From Patescibacteria group bacterium (GTDB lineage: Bacteria > Patescibacteriota > UBA1384 > XYA2-FULL-43-10 > 1-14-0-10-43-13), in the NCBI GenBank assembly GCA_041671645.1, contig JBAZBD010000001.1, positions 173,365-237,364 of the forward strand: a stretch of 64,000 bases of DNA. Direction: 5' to 3'. Numbering within the stretch: position 1 is the stretch's first letter; each line of letters begins with the position of its first letter. Of the stretch, positions 1-10,045 are shown piece by piece. A program made the translations under genes and the position numbers. Under the pieces are notes generated by a model that saw nothing but the letters and a program-made list of their open reading frames with translations, was not told the origin of the DNA and did no database searches.

Positions 1-859
1 GGAATTTACCGAGTTCAATATTGACGTTGCACTTCTCAGCGATTTCGAGCGTGTTGGTCATGACTTCGGGATGATCTGGAAAATTATTGAACATCTGCTC
101 ACGAGTCAGAAGGGAGTAGTCGTCGCCCGTCATCGTCATTCTATTTGTATCTGAAATCAAGCGACCGGTTTGGAGACAGAGAAGAGCGTCCTGAGCAATG
201 GCATCGTCGGTGTTCACATAATGGGGATCGTTGGTAGCAATGGTTTTGAGACTAAATTCTGCGGCCAATTTGAACATATTCTCATTGACGGTAACCTGAT
301 CTGGAACGGTGTTGGGGTGTGCTTGAACTTCGAGATAGAAATCTTCCTTTGGGAAAATCTCGAGGTATTCTTGAAGAACTTTTCTTCCCTCGTCTAGCGA
401 TTCGAGGGATTTACGAGGGATTTCTCCCTGGACACAGGCCGAGCAGGCGATCAGTCCTTCGGCGTGTGCCTTGAGTGTCTCTTTGTCAATGCGCGGTTTG
501 TAATAATAGCCGTCTAGATGAGCGATCGTGACCAATTTGAGCAGATTTCTGTATCCGATTTCGTTCTTGGCCAGCAAGATCAGATGGTAGGCCTTGGCGT
601 CAACTGAAGGCTGTTTGTCGGTCAATTTTCTCGGTGCGACATAGGCCTCAACGCCGAGGATTGGCTTGATTCCCTCCTTGAGGCAAGTTTCATAGAACTC
701 GATAATGCCATACATCACGCCGTGATCGGTCAAGGCGAGGGCTGTCTGGCCGTCAGATTTGGCTTTTTTGATCAGATCAGGAACTTTGCCCATGCCGTCA
801 AGCATAGAATAGTGCGAATGCACGTGGAGATGGACAAAGTTAGGAAACTGCGTTTCCAT
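1..859 (-). CDS. dnaE: DNA polymerase III alpha subunit, N-terminal PHP domain (partial; runs off the window start)
   Basis: Minus-strand translation from the ATG at 857-859 reads METQFPNFVHLHVHSHYSMLDG...LTDHGVMYG...LGVEAYV, the classic DnaE PHP-domain N-terminus. There is no in-window stop. Confidence 0.8.
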   Translation of the reverse strand, partial: METQFPNFVHLHVHSHYSMLDGMGKVPDLIKKAKSDGQTALALTDHGVMYGIIEFYETCLKEGIKPILGVEAYVAPRKLTDKQPSVDAKAYHLILLAKNEIGYRNLLKLVTIAHLDGYYYKPRIDKETLKAHAEGLIACSACVQGEIPRKSLESLDEGRKVLQEYLEIFPKEDFYLEVQAHPNTVPDQVTVNENMFKLAAEFSLKTIATNDPHYVNTDDAIAQDALLCLQTGRLISDTNRMTMTGDDYSLLTREQMFNNFPDHPEVMTNTLEIAEKCNVNIELGKF

Positions 860-950
860 AAATTTCTAATTCCTAAATACTAATTTCTAATCAATGTCTA
901 ATTAATAATTTATAATTAAAAATTGATTAACAATTAAGAAATAAAAATTG
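860..950. repeat. AT-rich ~90 bp intergenic element (ttctaatt family). It is an inverted near-identical copy of 26761-26843.
   Basis: Its reverse complement matches 26761-26843 apart from a 6-nt indel. It sits directly against the dnaE start codon and upstream of the divergent gene at 1006. Confidence 0.75.
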
Positions 951-1005
951 GTAATTTGCGTATTTTCTAGCTAAATGTCGTCAAATGTGTTAAAGTAAGC
1001 AAACA

Positions 1006-2244
1006 ATGCAACACAACAACCAAAAATACGCCTTTGTGCTTGGTCGTGAGCGCGATTTGTGCTTGACGGAACTCTATGCAGTTCTAGTTCGTTTTGGTTT
1101 TTGTTTTACAGTTCCCAGTGTATATGACAATGTCGCAATCATCAATATTGAAAATGCGAACGAAAGTGATGTGGCGAGCTTGATTGAGAGTCTGGGCGGC
1201 ACGATGAAGATTTTCCGCATGATCGTCCCAGTCGATAAGCAAGTCAAGGACAGAATAATTTCTTATATTACGAGCTCAGAGAGAAGCCAGAAGAAATTCA
1301 ACTATACTATTTCTTCTTACTCACGACTTTTCAATTACAAATCGATCTTTGATCTCGGTCTTTCGATCAAAAAGGAGCTGAAAAAGGAGCTATCCTTGCG
1401 ATTCGTTGAAATTAGAGAGGGCAAGGACGCTTCAAGTATTTTGTCCTTGAAAAATCATTTTGTGGATCAAGGTTTTGAGTTTGGCTTGTTCGAAGCAGAT
1501 CTAGGCATTTTAATCGCTCTCACGGATGCGGAAGAGTGGGGCGAGCGTGATTATGATAAGCCATCTGGCGACAAGAGAAGCGGAATGCTTCCGCCAAAAT
1601 TAGCCAGGATGATGATCAATCTTGCGCTAGGATCGAAGAAACAAGAGGGAAAATCTCTCGTGATTGATCCTTTCTGTGGATCGGGCAATATTCTGATCGA
1701 AGCATTGCTTCTTGGCGCTGACGCGATGGGCTCGGACGTGAGCGAAAAAGCGGTTAATGATTCGATGAACAATATCAAATGGCTTGTTGAAAACCCGAAA
1801 TATAGAGACAAAATTACTGCCAAAAATCCGAAGCCGAAGGTGCATATAGACCAAGCCGATGCTTCCAATGTAGATTTTGCAAAACTACTTTCGACTTTCG
1901 ACTTTCGACTTTCAGACTACAACAGCGTAGCTGTGGTGGCCGAGCCGTTTCTGGGCGAGCCCAAGAAATTTAAACCTAGCTTGAACGCAGTCAAGGGCGA
2001 ATATGCAAAGATTCAGGAATTATACATTGATTTCCTCAAGAATATTCGACAATCAGGGCTTCCAATTAATTCGTTGGTTTTGATTTTTCCACTGGTAGAA
2101 ACGCTCGAAGGCAAGCTCTACAGTCTCTTCGACGCAAGTGTTGACGAAATTGAAAAAATTGGCTATAGTGTACTCACTAAACCACTTGTTTATGGTAGAG
2201 AATACCAGGTTGTGAAGCGAGAGATCGTTTTACTACAGTTTTAA
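1006..2244 (+). CDS. SAM-dependent RNA/DNA methyltransferase (UPF0020/THUMP-type, N6-adenine/N2-guanine MTase-like)
   Basis: Motif I DPFCGSGNILIEA and motif IV-like AEPFLGEP are present. The ORF is intact at 412 aa. Confidence 0.6.
   Translation: MQHNNQKYAFVLGRERDLCLTELYAVLVRFGFCFTVPSVYDNVAIINIENANESDVASLIESLGGTMKIFRMIVPVDKQVKDRIISYITSSERSQKKFNYTISSYSRLFNYKSIFDLGLSIKKELKKELSLRFVEIREGKDASSILSLKNHFVDQGFEFGLFEADLGILIALTDAEEWGERDYDKPSGDKRSGMLPPKLARMMINLALGSKKQEGKSLVIDPFCGSGNILIEALLLGADAMGSDVSEKAVNDSMNNIKWLVENPKYRDKITAKNPKPKVHIDQADASNVDFAKLLSTFDFRLSDYNSVAVVAEPFLGEPKKFKPSLNAVKGEYAKIQELYIDFLKNIRQSGLPINSLVLIFPLVETLEGKLYSLFDASVDEIEKIGYSVLTKPLVYGREYQVVKREIVLLQF
1888..1918. repeat. Heptanucleotide tandem repeat (TCGACTT)x3-4 inside the methyltransferase CDS, in frame
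   Basis: The sequence is tcgactttcgactttcgactttcagact and encodes STFDFRLSDY. Confidence 0.8.
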
Positions 2245-2272
2245 TTTGTAAATTATCCCAAAGGGGTACGTC

Positions 2273-2563
2273 ATGGCTCATAAAAAAGCCGCAGGTAGTA
2301 CAAGATTAGGTCGCGATTCCGTCTCCAAACGACTTGGAGTCAAGGTTTTTGGTGATCAATTTGTTACCGCTGGCGGAATCATCATCAGACAGCACGGTAC
2401 CAAATTTTATCCAGGACTCAACGTCGGAATGGGCGATGATTATACGATCTACGCTTCTATCGATGGCTTGGTTAGATTCCAGGAAAAACAGGTTACAGCT
2501 TTCAATGGCAACAAAGACAAGCGAACTTTTGTACATGTAGACGAAATTGTGGAAGGTAAATAA
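2273..2563 (+). CDS. rpmA: 50S ribosomal protein L27
   Basis: [29 protein letters not shown]...GTKFYPG is canonical L27. Confidence 0.95.
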   Translation: MAHKKAAGSTRLGRDSVSKRLGVKVFGDQFVTAGGIIIRQHGTKFYPGLNVGMGDDYTIYASIDGLVRFQEKQVTAFNGNKDKRTFVHVDEIVEGK

Positions 2564-3075
2564 TGCTTAAAATTCTCGAAAAATATACCAAGAAAAACAT
2601 TCCTGAAATTCGATCAGGCGACACAGTCAAGGTTCATATCCTGGTCAAAGAAGGCGCCAAAGAGCGCGTTCAGATCTTCGAAGGTCTAGTCATCGCTGTT
2701 CAGCATGGCCAGTCACTCGACGGTACTTTCACTGTTCGCAAAGAGTCCTTCGGTATCGGTGTTGAGAGAACATTTCCTCTTCACAGCCCAAGAGTTGTCA
2801 AAGTTGAGAGAATCAAACAATCCAAAGTCCGCCGAGCCAAACTTTACTTCATGAGAGAATTGACTGGCAAACACGCACGTCTCAAGGATCTCAACCGTGA
2901 TCACAAGGTTTGGGAAGAGAAGGGCGCCGAAGAAGAGCTAGAGAAGATTGCAGCTGAAACTGCTGCTATCGCTGAAGCCGCTGCTGCTGAAAAAGCTGCA
3001 GAGGAAGCCGAAATCGCAGCCAAAGTTGAGGCAGTCGCAGGCGACCGTATCGTAGAGGATAAAAAAGAAGACTAA
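2563..3075 (+). CDS. rplS: 50S ribosomal protein L19 with an Ala/Glu-rich C-terminal extension
   Basis: SGDTVKVHILVKEGAKERVQIFEGLVIAVQ...VRKESFGIGVERTFPLHSP...RRAKLYFMRE matches L19. The start overlaps the rpmA stop. Confidence 0.9.
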   Translation: MLKILEKYTKKNIPEIRSGDTVKVHILVKEGAKERVQIFEGLVIAVQHGQSLDGTFTVRKESFGIGVERTFPLHSPRVVKVERIKQSKVRRAKLYFMRELTGKHARLKDLNRDHKVWEEKGAEEELEKIAAETAAIAEAAAAEKAAEEAEIAAKVEAVAGDRIVEDKKED

Positions 3076-3103
3076 CTACCAAGTTATATACAGTGCTCCA
3101 AAA

Positions 3104-3137
3104 AATACCCAATCGAAAGATAATGGGTATTTTTTTA
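3104..3137 (+). terminator. Rho-independent terminator after rplS
   Basis: The stem aataccca/tgggtatt has loop atcgaaagataa and is followed by a T7 run. Confidence 0.75.
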
Positions 3138-3142
3138 ATTAA

Positions 3143-3337
3143 ATGCTATCATTGAAAAAACAACTTGGAGGAAATATGAACTCAGAAGAAATTGTCAAAG
3201 CAGTAGAAGCGGCTGTTGATACATACAAACAAGATCTTGATCAGGTGGGCAAGAAGCAAAAGCAAGTTCTAAGCGATTTTATTGGTCGTTTGGAGCAAGA
3301 AAAGATGGATAAGATACGGAAGGAAATAGTACTATGA
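3143..3337 (+). CDS. Small hypothetical protein; the likely start is the ATG at 3176 after GGAGG
   Basis: The ORF has the RBS ggaggaaat-ATG at 3176, and its stop overlaps the next gene's ATG (ATGA). Confidence 0.4.
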   Translation: MLSLKKQLGGNMNSEEIVKAVEAAVDTYKQDLDQVGKKQKQVLSDFIGRLEQEKMDKIRKEIVL

Positions 3338-5424
3338 AAGGCGCCGAAAAGGTTGGGGAAAATACAGGAGAAGAAATAAAGGGGCAAGAGGCAACGCCTG
3401 CCGCGGAGCCTAGTAATAGTGAAGTATTGAACAATCGTGCCGAGCAGGTCGTCGGTCTGAAGGGTCTTTCAGAAAATATTAGTAGCAGAAACAGCCAGAC
3501 AGCCGAACAAGTCGGTGGAAATTTGGACGCAGACGCGACTGAAATCGCTGGAGTCAAGGCAGAGATAGATAGAATTGGTGTACAGGAAGGTGGCGTTGCT
3601 CAAGCTAGATTGGCAGAATCACTTGAGAAAATCAGGCAAGAAGCAGGCTCTGACGGCGAGAATCCTGAGGAGATTGCCGCATTGGATAACTTGATCAAAC
3701 GGGTGAAGCCTAGCGCGGAGGAGAATAGTGAAGTTCAGCCTGACGTAGATTGGGACGAAAATTCGGCCAATTTTGATGAAGGCGACAAGCATATCGCGTC
3801 TGAAGGTGAGGAAACTCAGGACGCAGGGCCAGAGCAGAGAGACGACGATGAGAAAACAAAGATCTACGAAGAGCCGAATTTAGATCCTGCCGTCCAGAAG
3901 ATATATGAAGAGATTACAGCTCGTGCGGCCAAATGGACGCAAGAGGCACAGAGCGGCAAGTCTGGCGCGATTGCACAGACCGAATCGCGGAAAGACCCTG
4001 CTCGATACTCGGGCCAGATGAACTTCTTGAGCTCCAGAGGAGTTTGGGAAAGATTTGCCAAAGATTATCCCGAAAAAGCGTTGGCTTACGCTGATAAGAA
4101 TGAGGACATTGCCGAGGGCTTGGCGGCTTCTGCCCCGCGTGCAGAAAAATCCGATGGAGCGCCGAAAATTATTCCCGGCGAAGCAGGGCCCGAAATGCCT
4201 GCAGAAGAAGATGAAACGCCAGGCGAGGAATCAGAATCGGAGACAGACAAAATGATTCAGGAGCTTGGTCTCGAAGATGCTTCGCCTGAGAATCCAGTCA
4301 AAATGCAGTGGGCCAACGAGGATGGCGATGTCGAGGTATCAGTCACTGGGGTCAATGAAGAGCCAGGTGCTGATGGCAGGACGTATGCTAGGGCTTTTGA
4401 CGAGGAAACTGGCGCAGAGTTTGAGGTGCCGCTAGACGAATTGCAGTCGATCGATCTAGCTGTCGGGGAGGAGGACGATGGATCCCCAGACGAAGAGGGC
4501 GAAGCTCAGAAGAAGGAAGCGCCAACCGAGAAAGAGGGCGAGGATGAGCCGACTCAGGCCGAAGCAGACGAGAAGAATAATGCTTATCGTGAGAAGATCT
4601 CTCAAGAGAGACAGCTGCGGATACGTGACCGCCTAGAGAGACGGGGCAAAGAGCAGGCAGAGAGAGACGAAGTGGCAGTACAATCAATTACGATGAGCCT
4701 AGAGAAGGCTAGTACTGCTCTTGCGGAGACGAAAGCCGATACGGGAGAAGAGAGCATATCGAAAATCGGTCCGGCTCTGAAGCTGTTAAATGAAAGTGGT
4801 GCTACCAAGAGAGAGCTTGCTATCCAACTTCTGCCTTCTGTCAGAGCTTTTGCTCGAAACATGGATAAATCATCTTCTGACCCAACTGCAGCGGAAACCA
4901 TTACAGCACAGAAAATACTCGGTAATCGAGAAGCTGGCGACCAGAGGTTGCAAGAAGCATTTGTCAAAATTAATTCATTGAATCAGGAGACAGACAAAGT
5001 CTCTGGCGGCGAATCCATGGCGTATTTGATGAAATATATCGTGAAAAACTCCGAGGGTAAACTTGGCAACCCTGCCCAGAAAGATGACATTGAAGCTCCC
5101 CAGGCACAAAATGATACGGTTGAAGAGGCTGAACCTTTGACTGCGGAGCGACCAATTGCTAATCAGGCAGAAGGAGCTGATTTAGGCGGTGATGAAGTTG
5201 GGGACGAAGGAAATGAACCAGGGTCCAGGAACGCCGACACAGTTGAAGAACCAAGCACGGCCCAAGATGGAGATCAAGAAGCGGCAAATCCATATAGCGA
5301 TCCGGAGGCTCAGCCAGATGTAAATTGGGATGACAATTCGGCCGAATTCGATGAGGCTGATAGGGAAATTGCCCAGTCAGATCAGACCGAGAAAACAGAA
5401 GCAAAAGCAGACAGCGGGGAATAA
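3334..5424 (+). CDS. Very acidic (D/E/A-rich) low-complexity hypothetical protein with an internally duplicated motif
   Basis: The 696-aa ORF carries the motif QPDV(D/N)WD(E/D)NSA(N/E)FDE(G/A)D(K/R)xIA near both the N- and C-termini. I see no signal peptide. Confidence 0.6.
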   Translation: MKGAEKVGENTGEEIKGQEATPAAEPSNSEVLNNRAEQVVGLKGLSENISSRNSQTAEQVGGNLDADATEIAGVKAEIDRIGVQEGGVAQARLAESLEKIRQEAGSDGENPEEIAALDNLIKRVKPSAEENSEVQPDVDWDENSANFDEGDKHIASEGEETQDAGPEQRDDDEKTKIYEEPNLDPAVQKIYEEITARAAKWTQEAQSGKSGAIAQTESRKDPARYSGQMNFLSSRGVWERFAKDYPEKALAYADKNEDIAEGLAASAPRAEKSDGAPKIIPGEAGPEMPAEEDETPGEESESETDKMIQELGLEDASPENPVKMQWANEDGDVEVSVTGVNEEPGADGRTYARAFDEETGAEFEVPLDELQSIDLAVGEEDDGSPDEEGEAQKKEAPTEKEGEDEPTQAEADEKNNAYREKISQERQLRIRDRLERRGKEQAERDEVAVQSITMSLEKASTALAETKADTGEESISKIGPALKLLNESGATKRELAIQLLPSVRAFARNMDKSSSDPTAAETITAQKILGNREAGDQRLQEAFVKINSLNQETDKVSGGESMAYLMKYIVKNSEGKLGNPAQKDDIEAPQAQNDTVEEAEPLTAERPIANQAEGADLGGDEVGDEGNEPGSRNADTVEEPSTAQDGDQEAANPYSDPEAQPDVNWDDNSAEFDEADREIAQSDQTEKTEAKADSGE

Positions 5425-5440
5425 GTGCTAGGATTATGAT

Positions 5441-7807
5441 ATGAAATTGTTTAAAAACAATATAAAAAGAGTTGGCTCATTCAAGCTAAAAGATTTTGAG
5501 TTGGTCAAAAACCATTACCTTGCTAGAGCATCAGAACTTAATCGACTCATAAATGGATCTAACAAAACCGAATCTCTGGCCGAGAATTCAAAGCGAGCTT
5601 ATTATCTGCATTGTTTTATCGACGATATGAGGGATTTGGGCTATCCGGAGATCGCGGATGGTCTTGAGGAGGCCTTAGCCAAAAGATATCACGATCCGAA
5701 AATATTGTTGAATATCGCTGAAGCAGGACTGTCCAGGATTCTTTCCAGTTTCGAAGGCAAAATCAGATTGGGGGAGAACGAATACCATATTCGTAATGGC
5801 AAAGCATATTACCAAAGTGTTTTTGACAAATGGTACGAGCTAAAAGGTGTTCAAGTCTTTCTCCTTACTCCTGATCTGGGCGAAGAAGTCGTCCCAATTG
5901 ATGCCGAGGGCGAAAAGGGCATCAATGAATATCAAACTTTTCTTCGAGCATGGCGAGAATCCGGTGGCAGAGACAATTTTGATTTTAGCTCGACAGACGG
6001 TGATACGACTCCAGAGAACTACTTCGAATCTTCTGTAAATGAAATTAGTAAAATTATTGAGACTCCAATAAGTTCAGAGGCGATCTTGGCAAAAATCGGT
6101 AGCGAGCAAAAATTTGAAAGAATCTTCAAAGTCGCTGCTAGGTTGATCAAATTTGTCAAAGAAATTCGAGATAGCGGCGTCTCGCCAGTCTACCTTTTGC
6201 GAGACGGCCTAATGTTCGCCGAGGCACAGAAAGCGCTTGATTTCGCTTCAGGGCAGGACACGCTGAGCGGACAATTGATGATCAACCGCAAGTTGCTGAG
6301 TAAGGAACCGGATGACCATTATTATTGGGCATTGGCGTCCGATGCGCTTTACGTCGCTCTGCCGAAGAACGGCCGTGATTTTGATCTTTTTTACAAGAAT
6401 TATTGCCAGGAGATGGCTAGACTCAAGATAAAAGAGCCCGGGTTTAAAGAACTGCTTAGTCGACTTGGTTTATACGTTTCCTCCCAGTTATCACATCTCA
6501 AGGGGTCGAAGAAAATATTGGTTGTAGACACTGGTCTCCAGGGGTCTATTAACATGCTCACCAAATACGTTATTGATTTCCACACTGATCTGGATGTGCC
6601 AGTAGACGTGGAAATGTTCGTGGTTGGAGATTGGCTGAAGCGAATCTATCAGAAAAGATACGCCAGCGATTATTACCCGATCCTGAAAGACATTGAGATA
6701 TTCAATCGAAGTGACCATTTGTACAATTACAGATCTGGAAGTTTCGAATCGGGGAAAGTAGAAGTAACCATGGGTAGCGAAGCTGAACAATTGATGGCTC
6801 ATGTCGAATTGATAATCATCACGATGTTGTGCAAATTGATGGATGAGCAGAAATCGGCGCCCAAAGTATCTCCAGCTGAGGCGGCTTCAGGCGGTATGGC
6901 AAACCAGTATTCTCTCGATGGATTTAAGCTGGCAAAAACTTTGGCTGACCCCTCAAAACCCCTAACGTCTCACACTGTAGAATTGTGGGAAAACCATCAG
7001 GGCGAACGTCTCGTGGTTAAGACCGTTTCGGATGGCCTTGAGCACAGTTTATCAGCAGATATTATCGGTCAACGTTGCTTCACTCTGCTGGGTTTGCCGT
7101 CGCCCCGGACGTCCCTGATAGAGCACGACGACAAATATCGTTTGGTGATGGAGTTTCTCGACGGGTACAAGACACCAGATGATCCCCTAGCTCTGCCCCT
7201 GGGCCAAGAAAATAATCGAGTGATCCAATCTGGCATTCTAGCTGATATCTGGCTCCATCATTATGATCGGCAGCCTTACAATTTCATGTTCAAGGGCGAT
7301 GAGCCTGTATTTATTGATTTCGGAGGGTGTTTGACCTCTTCGCCAAGCGGCAAAATTACTGGTTTTCCGGCCGAAATTACAGATCAGGAAATATTGAATT
7401 GCATCAAAGCTTTTCAGGGCGATTATCCGGTCAATCAAGCGTATGGAGAAGTCATTTCTTTTAACCCAAGCTCGAAAAAGATTGTTGTCAAAGATGCTGA
7501 ACTTCTGGCTCGACTGGCTGATCAACTCTCCAAGGTTTCCGATGAACAAATCGAGGCGATTGTCAGTCAGAACATTTTGTTTTTCCAAAAACATAATCCA
7601 GACAGAATCCAACATATCCTGGACAATTTGGAGGAAAACTTGAAGATACCAATTGAGAAACTTCACTATGCTCATTACCATAATAATTTCCTCGAGGCAC
7701 GCGATACTTTTGCCCGCGTTAGAGATGAATTTGATTCTGATGAATCAAACTATATTCAGTTTGCGCTGAAGCAACGACGTGATATGTTGGTGAAAAGATT
7801 TAAATAA
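5441..7807 (+). CDS. Hypothetical protein with a C-terminal atypical protein-kinase-like (PI3/4K-like) catalytic core
   Basis: The C-terminal region has RLVVKTV (Lys), a hinge at VMEFLDG, the catalytic loop WLHHYDRQPYNFMF (HxDxxxxN / DRxxxN) and FIDFGG (DFG). The N-terminal ~500 aa is unrecognised. Confidence 0.6.
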   Translation: MKLFKNNIKRVGSFKLKDFELVKNHYLARASELNRLINGSNKTESLAENSKRAYYLHCFIDDMRDLGYPEIADGLEEALAKRYHDPKILLNIAEAGLSRILSSFEGKIRLGENEYHIRNGKAYYQSVFDKWYELKGVQVFLLTPDLGEEVVPIDAEGEKGINEYQTFLRAWRESGGRDNFDFSSTDGDTTPENYFESSVNEISKIIETPISSEAILAKIGSEQKFERIFKVAARLIKFVKEIRDSGVSPVYLLRDGLMFAEAQKALDFASGQDTLSGQLMINRKLLSKEPDDHYYWALASDALYVALPKNGRDFDLFYKNYCQEMARLKIKEPGFKELLSRLGLYVSSQLSHLKGSKKILVVDTGLQGSINMLTKYVIDFHTDLDVPVDVEMFVVGDWLKRIYQKRYASDYYPILKDIEIFNRSDHLYNYRSGSFESGKVEVTMGSEAEQLMAHVELIIITMLCKLMDEQKSAPKVSPAEAASGGMANQYSLDGFKLAKTLADPSKPLTSHTVELWENHQGERLVVKTVSDGLEHSLSADIIGQRCFTLLGLPSPRTSLIEHDDKYRLVMEFLDGYKTPDDPLALPLGQENNRVIQSGILADIWLHHYDRQPYNFMFKGDEPVFIDFGGCLTSSPSGKITGFPAEITDQEILNCIKAFQGDYPVNQAYGEVISFNPSSKKIVVKDAELLARLADQLSKVSDEQIEAIVSQNILFFQKHNPDRIQHILDNLEENLKIPIEKLHYAHYHNNFLEARDTFARVRDEFDSDESNYIQFALKQRRDMLVKRFK

Positions 7808-7818
7808 CAGAGGCATTT

Positions 7819-9183
7819 ATGACCACCGAAATTAATAGAGGCAAAGAGATGGAAAAGGTTCAAAATACCCGAGATCTATTTTTCTATCCAGAAGGCGAAG
7901 GAGCAAATAATCCGATCAGAATAATTATGGTTGGATCTTCCGAAAGCTCAAAAGATGAGCAAAAAAAAGAAATGGGCCAGATCGTAGCCGAAGAGAGCGC
8001 TAAGGGGATGGCCAAAATTGTAGAGAAGGGCAAGAAGGTCCTCTGGAGCATGGCTACGGGCTCGACTTTTAATTGGCCAGAAAATTTGCCGGTGTCTCTC
8101 GAGCAGACTGGCGTCGACCCCAAAGATATTATCCCGATTGTCAAAGAAGACGCTTGGGATCAAGATCGTAACCATTTCCCATCAGGCAATGGCTATGATT
8201 TTCGTGGAAAAAGAATTAATTCTTTTCATAAACTTTTTGGTTTGGAGCCGAAGAATGTTTCTGTATCTGATGGGCAAATCGAGGGGAATATCGTCGCGCC
8301 TGATTATGACATGTCACCCGAACAAGCCGTAGACTATATGAATGAAACGTGGTCGGCGCTTACTAAGACTGGTCAGGTTGAAGGCTTTACCACAACTGGA
8401 GTAGGCGAAGATATGCATGTAGGCGAATTTCAAATAAACAAGATGGGTTTGGAAAATCAGATCAAGCAAATGGATTTCTTCCTTCAGCCTGTGAACGATT
8501 ATAGCGACGAGAGAGGTCTGTTTCGATGGCTCAAGAATCCTGAAGAGTTTGCAAAGGAAAGCAACGTATTTGTCGAACGGGGCAAAGAGGGATGGCAAGC
8601 GACTGGTCGCACAGCCAAACTTGGCGAAGATATTGTTGGCGGGACAGTCATGGGGATGGGTTGGAGAGCCATGCTGGAGACTCCAGGAGGCGCTGTGTTT
8701 GCATTTGATAGCGGGAGCAAAGCATTGGCGGCCCGGTCTGCAATCCAGGGCTCTCTGTCAGGTGTGATCAAGGATTCTGATGGCATAGAAGTGCTCAAAG
8801 TTGAGGCAGAAAGAGGCGAAGGCATCGGGATTTGGGATGATCTAGCGAAGATTGTCGGCCAATATGAAGAGGATGGCATACTCGAGCACGGTTATTTTGA
8901 CAAAATAATGGCATCGTCTGAGACCGAAAATTCGAAAATTGGATTGATCAACAACATTCTTGAAGACATATACAGCGCATATATCGAAAAAAATATTTCA
9001 CCTCAGAAACCAGAGCAGAATGAGAAATATTTCCAGCCTCTATGGCGCCTTGTGAACCGTTATCTCGGGTATCGATCCCCGGTCTCTCTGTGGGTTAGCC
9101 AGTTGCAGAGGAGAGGCACACCGGTTACGCTCGTGATTACGCGTCAAGCGGCAGCAGAATTGCCCTCTGAAATGCTGGTTTGA
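7819..9183 (+). CDS. Hypothetical protein (454 aa)
   Basis: The ORF is intact, on the same strand and tightly spaced after the kinase-like gene. I recognise no motif. Confidence 0.55.
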   Translation: MTTEINRGKEMEKVQNTRDLFFYPEGEGANNPIRIIMVGSSESSKDEQKKEMGQIVAEESAKGMAKIVEKGKKVLWSMATGSTFNWPENLPVSLEQTGVDPKDIIPIVKEDAWDQDRNHFPSGNGYDFRGKRINSFHKLFGLEPKNVSVSDGQIEGNIVAPDYDMSPEQAVDYMNETWSALTKTGQVEGFTTTGVGEDMHVGEFQINKMGLENQIKQMDFFLQPVNDYSDERGLFRWLKNPEEFAKESNVFVERGKEGWQATGRTAKLGEDIVGGTVMGMGWRAMLETPGGAVFAFDSGSKALAARSAIQGSLSGVIKDSDGIEVLKVEAERGEGIGIWDDLAKIVGQYEEDGILEHGYFDKIMASSETENSKIGLINNILEDIYSAYIEKNISPQKPEQNEKYFQPLWRLVNRYLGYRSPVSLWVSQLQRRGTPVTLVITRQAAAELPSEMLV

Positions 9184-9202
9184 CATAAAATAAGGTTAGA
9201 TA

Positions 9203-9238
9203 AAAAATGCTTGCACAACATTCAGCAGGCATTTTTTG
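9203..9238 (+). terminator. Rho-independent terminator
   Basis: The hairpin is aatgcttgc...gcaggcatt and is followed by TTTTTT. Confidence 0.7.
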
Positions 9239-9301
9239 ATGGACAAAGATATCAAATTATGGTAAAGATATTCCAAACGCTATATGCGGGAGGGTGAGAA
9301 A

Positions 9302-9976
9302 ATGGCAGATGAGAAAATTCCAGTTTATCGATGGGAATTGACAGAAGAGGAACTTGGAATCAGAGTGACAGTGCGACGATTGCTGATCTACGATATCAGC
9401 ACGACAAGAGCTGAGGGTACGATTCTTTGTCGGGATAACATCGAAGGCAGAAACTTTGAAGATCATTGGGCTGCGGATTCTCGAGACGGACAATGGGTGG
9501 TTAAGTGCGTCAGAGATAAATCCGGCCCCTTCGATGAAAAGCTCGGTGAGCCGTTGTTTACCGGAGCGATAAATATCAACGGCTGGATCAAAGTGTTCAT
9601 TGCGAAGCGGATTGTGCATCATCTCCAGACTGGGGAAACACAGAATGTGATTCCGCTTTATACTGGGAAGGTCGGGGTTTGCCCGGGAGACTGTCAGTGC
9701 CGTGAGGTTGGTGCCTTTGGTAGCACTTCGCCGCCGAGACTCTGGAGGGATTTAATGGATGGCTATGAGCATCCCGCCAATTGCTTTTCTTGCAGCTGCG
9801 GAAGACACTGGTTCTTCAGCGCAGAGGATGAGCGTTTCTACTTTGTGGCAGACGATGAAGCCTGGGAAGAGCTGACTACCCACGACGGACAGTCGCGTTA
9901 CTGGTTGGGCTTTCAATATGATGCCCTGTATTTGTCGCAGACTTTGCGAAAGAGAGGCTTAATCCCTCTCGGTTAA
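9302..9976 (+). CDS. Cys-rich hypothetical protein (putative zinc-binding C-terminal half); the ORF could extend to 9284
   Basis: It contains CPGDCQC...CFSCSCGRHW. The RBS gggagggtgag precedes the ATG at 9302. Confidence 0.55.
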   Translation: MADEKIPVYRWELTEEELGIRVTVRRLLIYDISTTRAEGTILCRDNIEGRNFEDHWAADSRDGQWVVKCVRDKSGPFDEKLGEPLFTGAININGWIKVFIAKRIVHHLQTGETQNVIPLYTGKVGVCPGDCQCREVGAFGSTSPPRLWRDLMDGYEHPANCFSCSCGRHWFFSAEDERFYFVADDEAWEELTTHDGQSRYWLGFQYDALYLSQTLRKRGLIPLG

Positions 9977-9981
9977 TTATC

Positions 9982-10015
9982 AGACGGTTGCTATATGCTG
10001 CCGTCTATTTTATTT
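9982..10015 (+). terminator. Rho-independent terminator
   Basis: The hairpin agacgg...ccgtct is followed by attttattt. Confidence 0.65.
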
Positions 10016-10045
10016 GCATCATAATATTTGCGGTATAATTGGACT

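Noticed and set aside
170-397. 75-aa + strand ORF
   Set aside because: It lies entirely inside the minus-strand dnaE coding region, has no RBS and makes no compositional sense. It is a spurious antisense ORF.
3864-5404. Multiple minus-strand ORFs inside the acidic-protein gene (3864-4061, 4388-4687, 4602-4967, 4970-5155, 5159-5404)
   Set aside because: These are antisense artefacts of the long, low-complexity GA-rich coding sequence.
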